NCBI GenBank assembly: GCA_030390025.1
Contig: CM059432.1
Location: 57,414,001 to 57,478,000, forward strand
Direction: 5' to 3'
DNA: 64,000 bases
Origin: Squalus acanthias
Lineage: Eukaryota
This document shows, in pieces, positions 63,801 through 64,000 of this stretch. Within the stretch, counting starts at the first letter, position 1. The number at the start of each line of letters is the position of its first letter. Below the pieces are notes generated by a model that made no database searches, had not been told where the DNA came from, and saw only the letters and a list, made by a program, of their open reading frames with translations. A program made the position numbers and the translations under genes.

Positions 63801-64000
63801 TGAAAAAAGCCTGTGGCAATCATGACTTGTGATTAGACTGCACCTGATATTGGTCCACACTTTGAGTGTAACGCCAATGAGCTTGGGCTTTAAGACTTGA
63901 ATTAGGGCGCCAATCATTTTTTTGAGCAGTGAGCACGAATTTTGCGTGCCGTCTAAAGCATTAGTGCCTGCCGCTAATTCTCCAACTTTTCTACTGATAC
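60868..64000 (+). mobile_element. Harbinger of the same family as 29173-45491; transposase deleted after ~61630, Myb gene uninterrupted
   Basis: Colinear with 29173-29930, 30850-31545, 37899-37999 and 43874-45460. The right TIR probably lies just beyond the window. Confidence 0.88.
61797..63676 (-). pseudogene. Harbinger Myb/SANT-like DNA-binding gene, three exons (~63676-63433, 63201-63039, 62882-61797), with disabling mutations
   Basis: Exon 1 reads RFCDEALETL..RRAVLYP..WREVAQHV..RTPTQCRKKFNNL. Donors gtgagt (63432) and gtatgt (63038); acceptors ctcttgcag (63202) and gctttcag (62883). The last exon is split over several ORFs. Confidence 0.78.

Overview
This is eukaryotic, repeat-saturated DNA, most likely from a cartilaginous fish (shark). 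That assignment is an inference from the CR1 3' tails, a SacSINE1/DeuSINE-like fragment and shark-type Penelope ends. No host protein-coding gene could be identified. Nearly every long ORF belongs to a transposable element: about 10 PIF/Harbinger elements or remnants (HARBI1-like DDE transposase plus a convergent, intron-containing Myb/SANT gene), several Harbinger-type MITEs with 3-bp TSDs, many CR1 LINEs, an RTE LINE, L2/CR1-group fragments, three Penelope-like (RT/GIY-YIG) insertions, a 1.67-kb TG..CA solo LTR and a decayed Gypsy gag. The most notable structures are: (1) a 2.5-kb Penelope hairpin inserted as one unit (12-bp TSD) with a minimal hammerhead ribozyme in each arm; (2) a 16.3-kb Harbinger nested inside another Harbinger transposase and holding two resolvable CR1 stacks, one containing the LTR and one containing a Penelope; (3) the same CR1-tail/Harbinger-Myb junction present twice in opposite orientation, suggesting co-mobilisation or duplication; (4) a 1.3-kb G-rich GGATC minisatellite. 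I did not find a clearly new biological system; the findings are unusual TE architectures.
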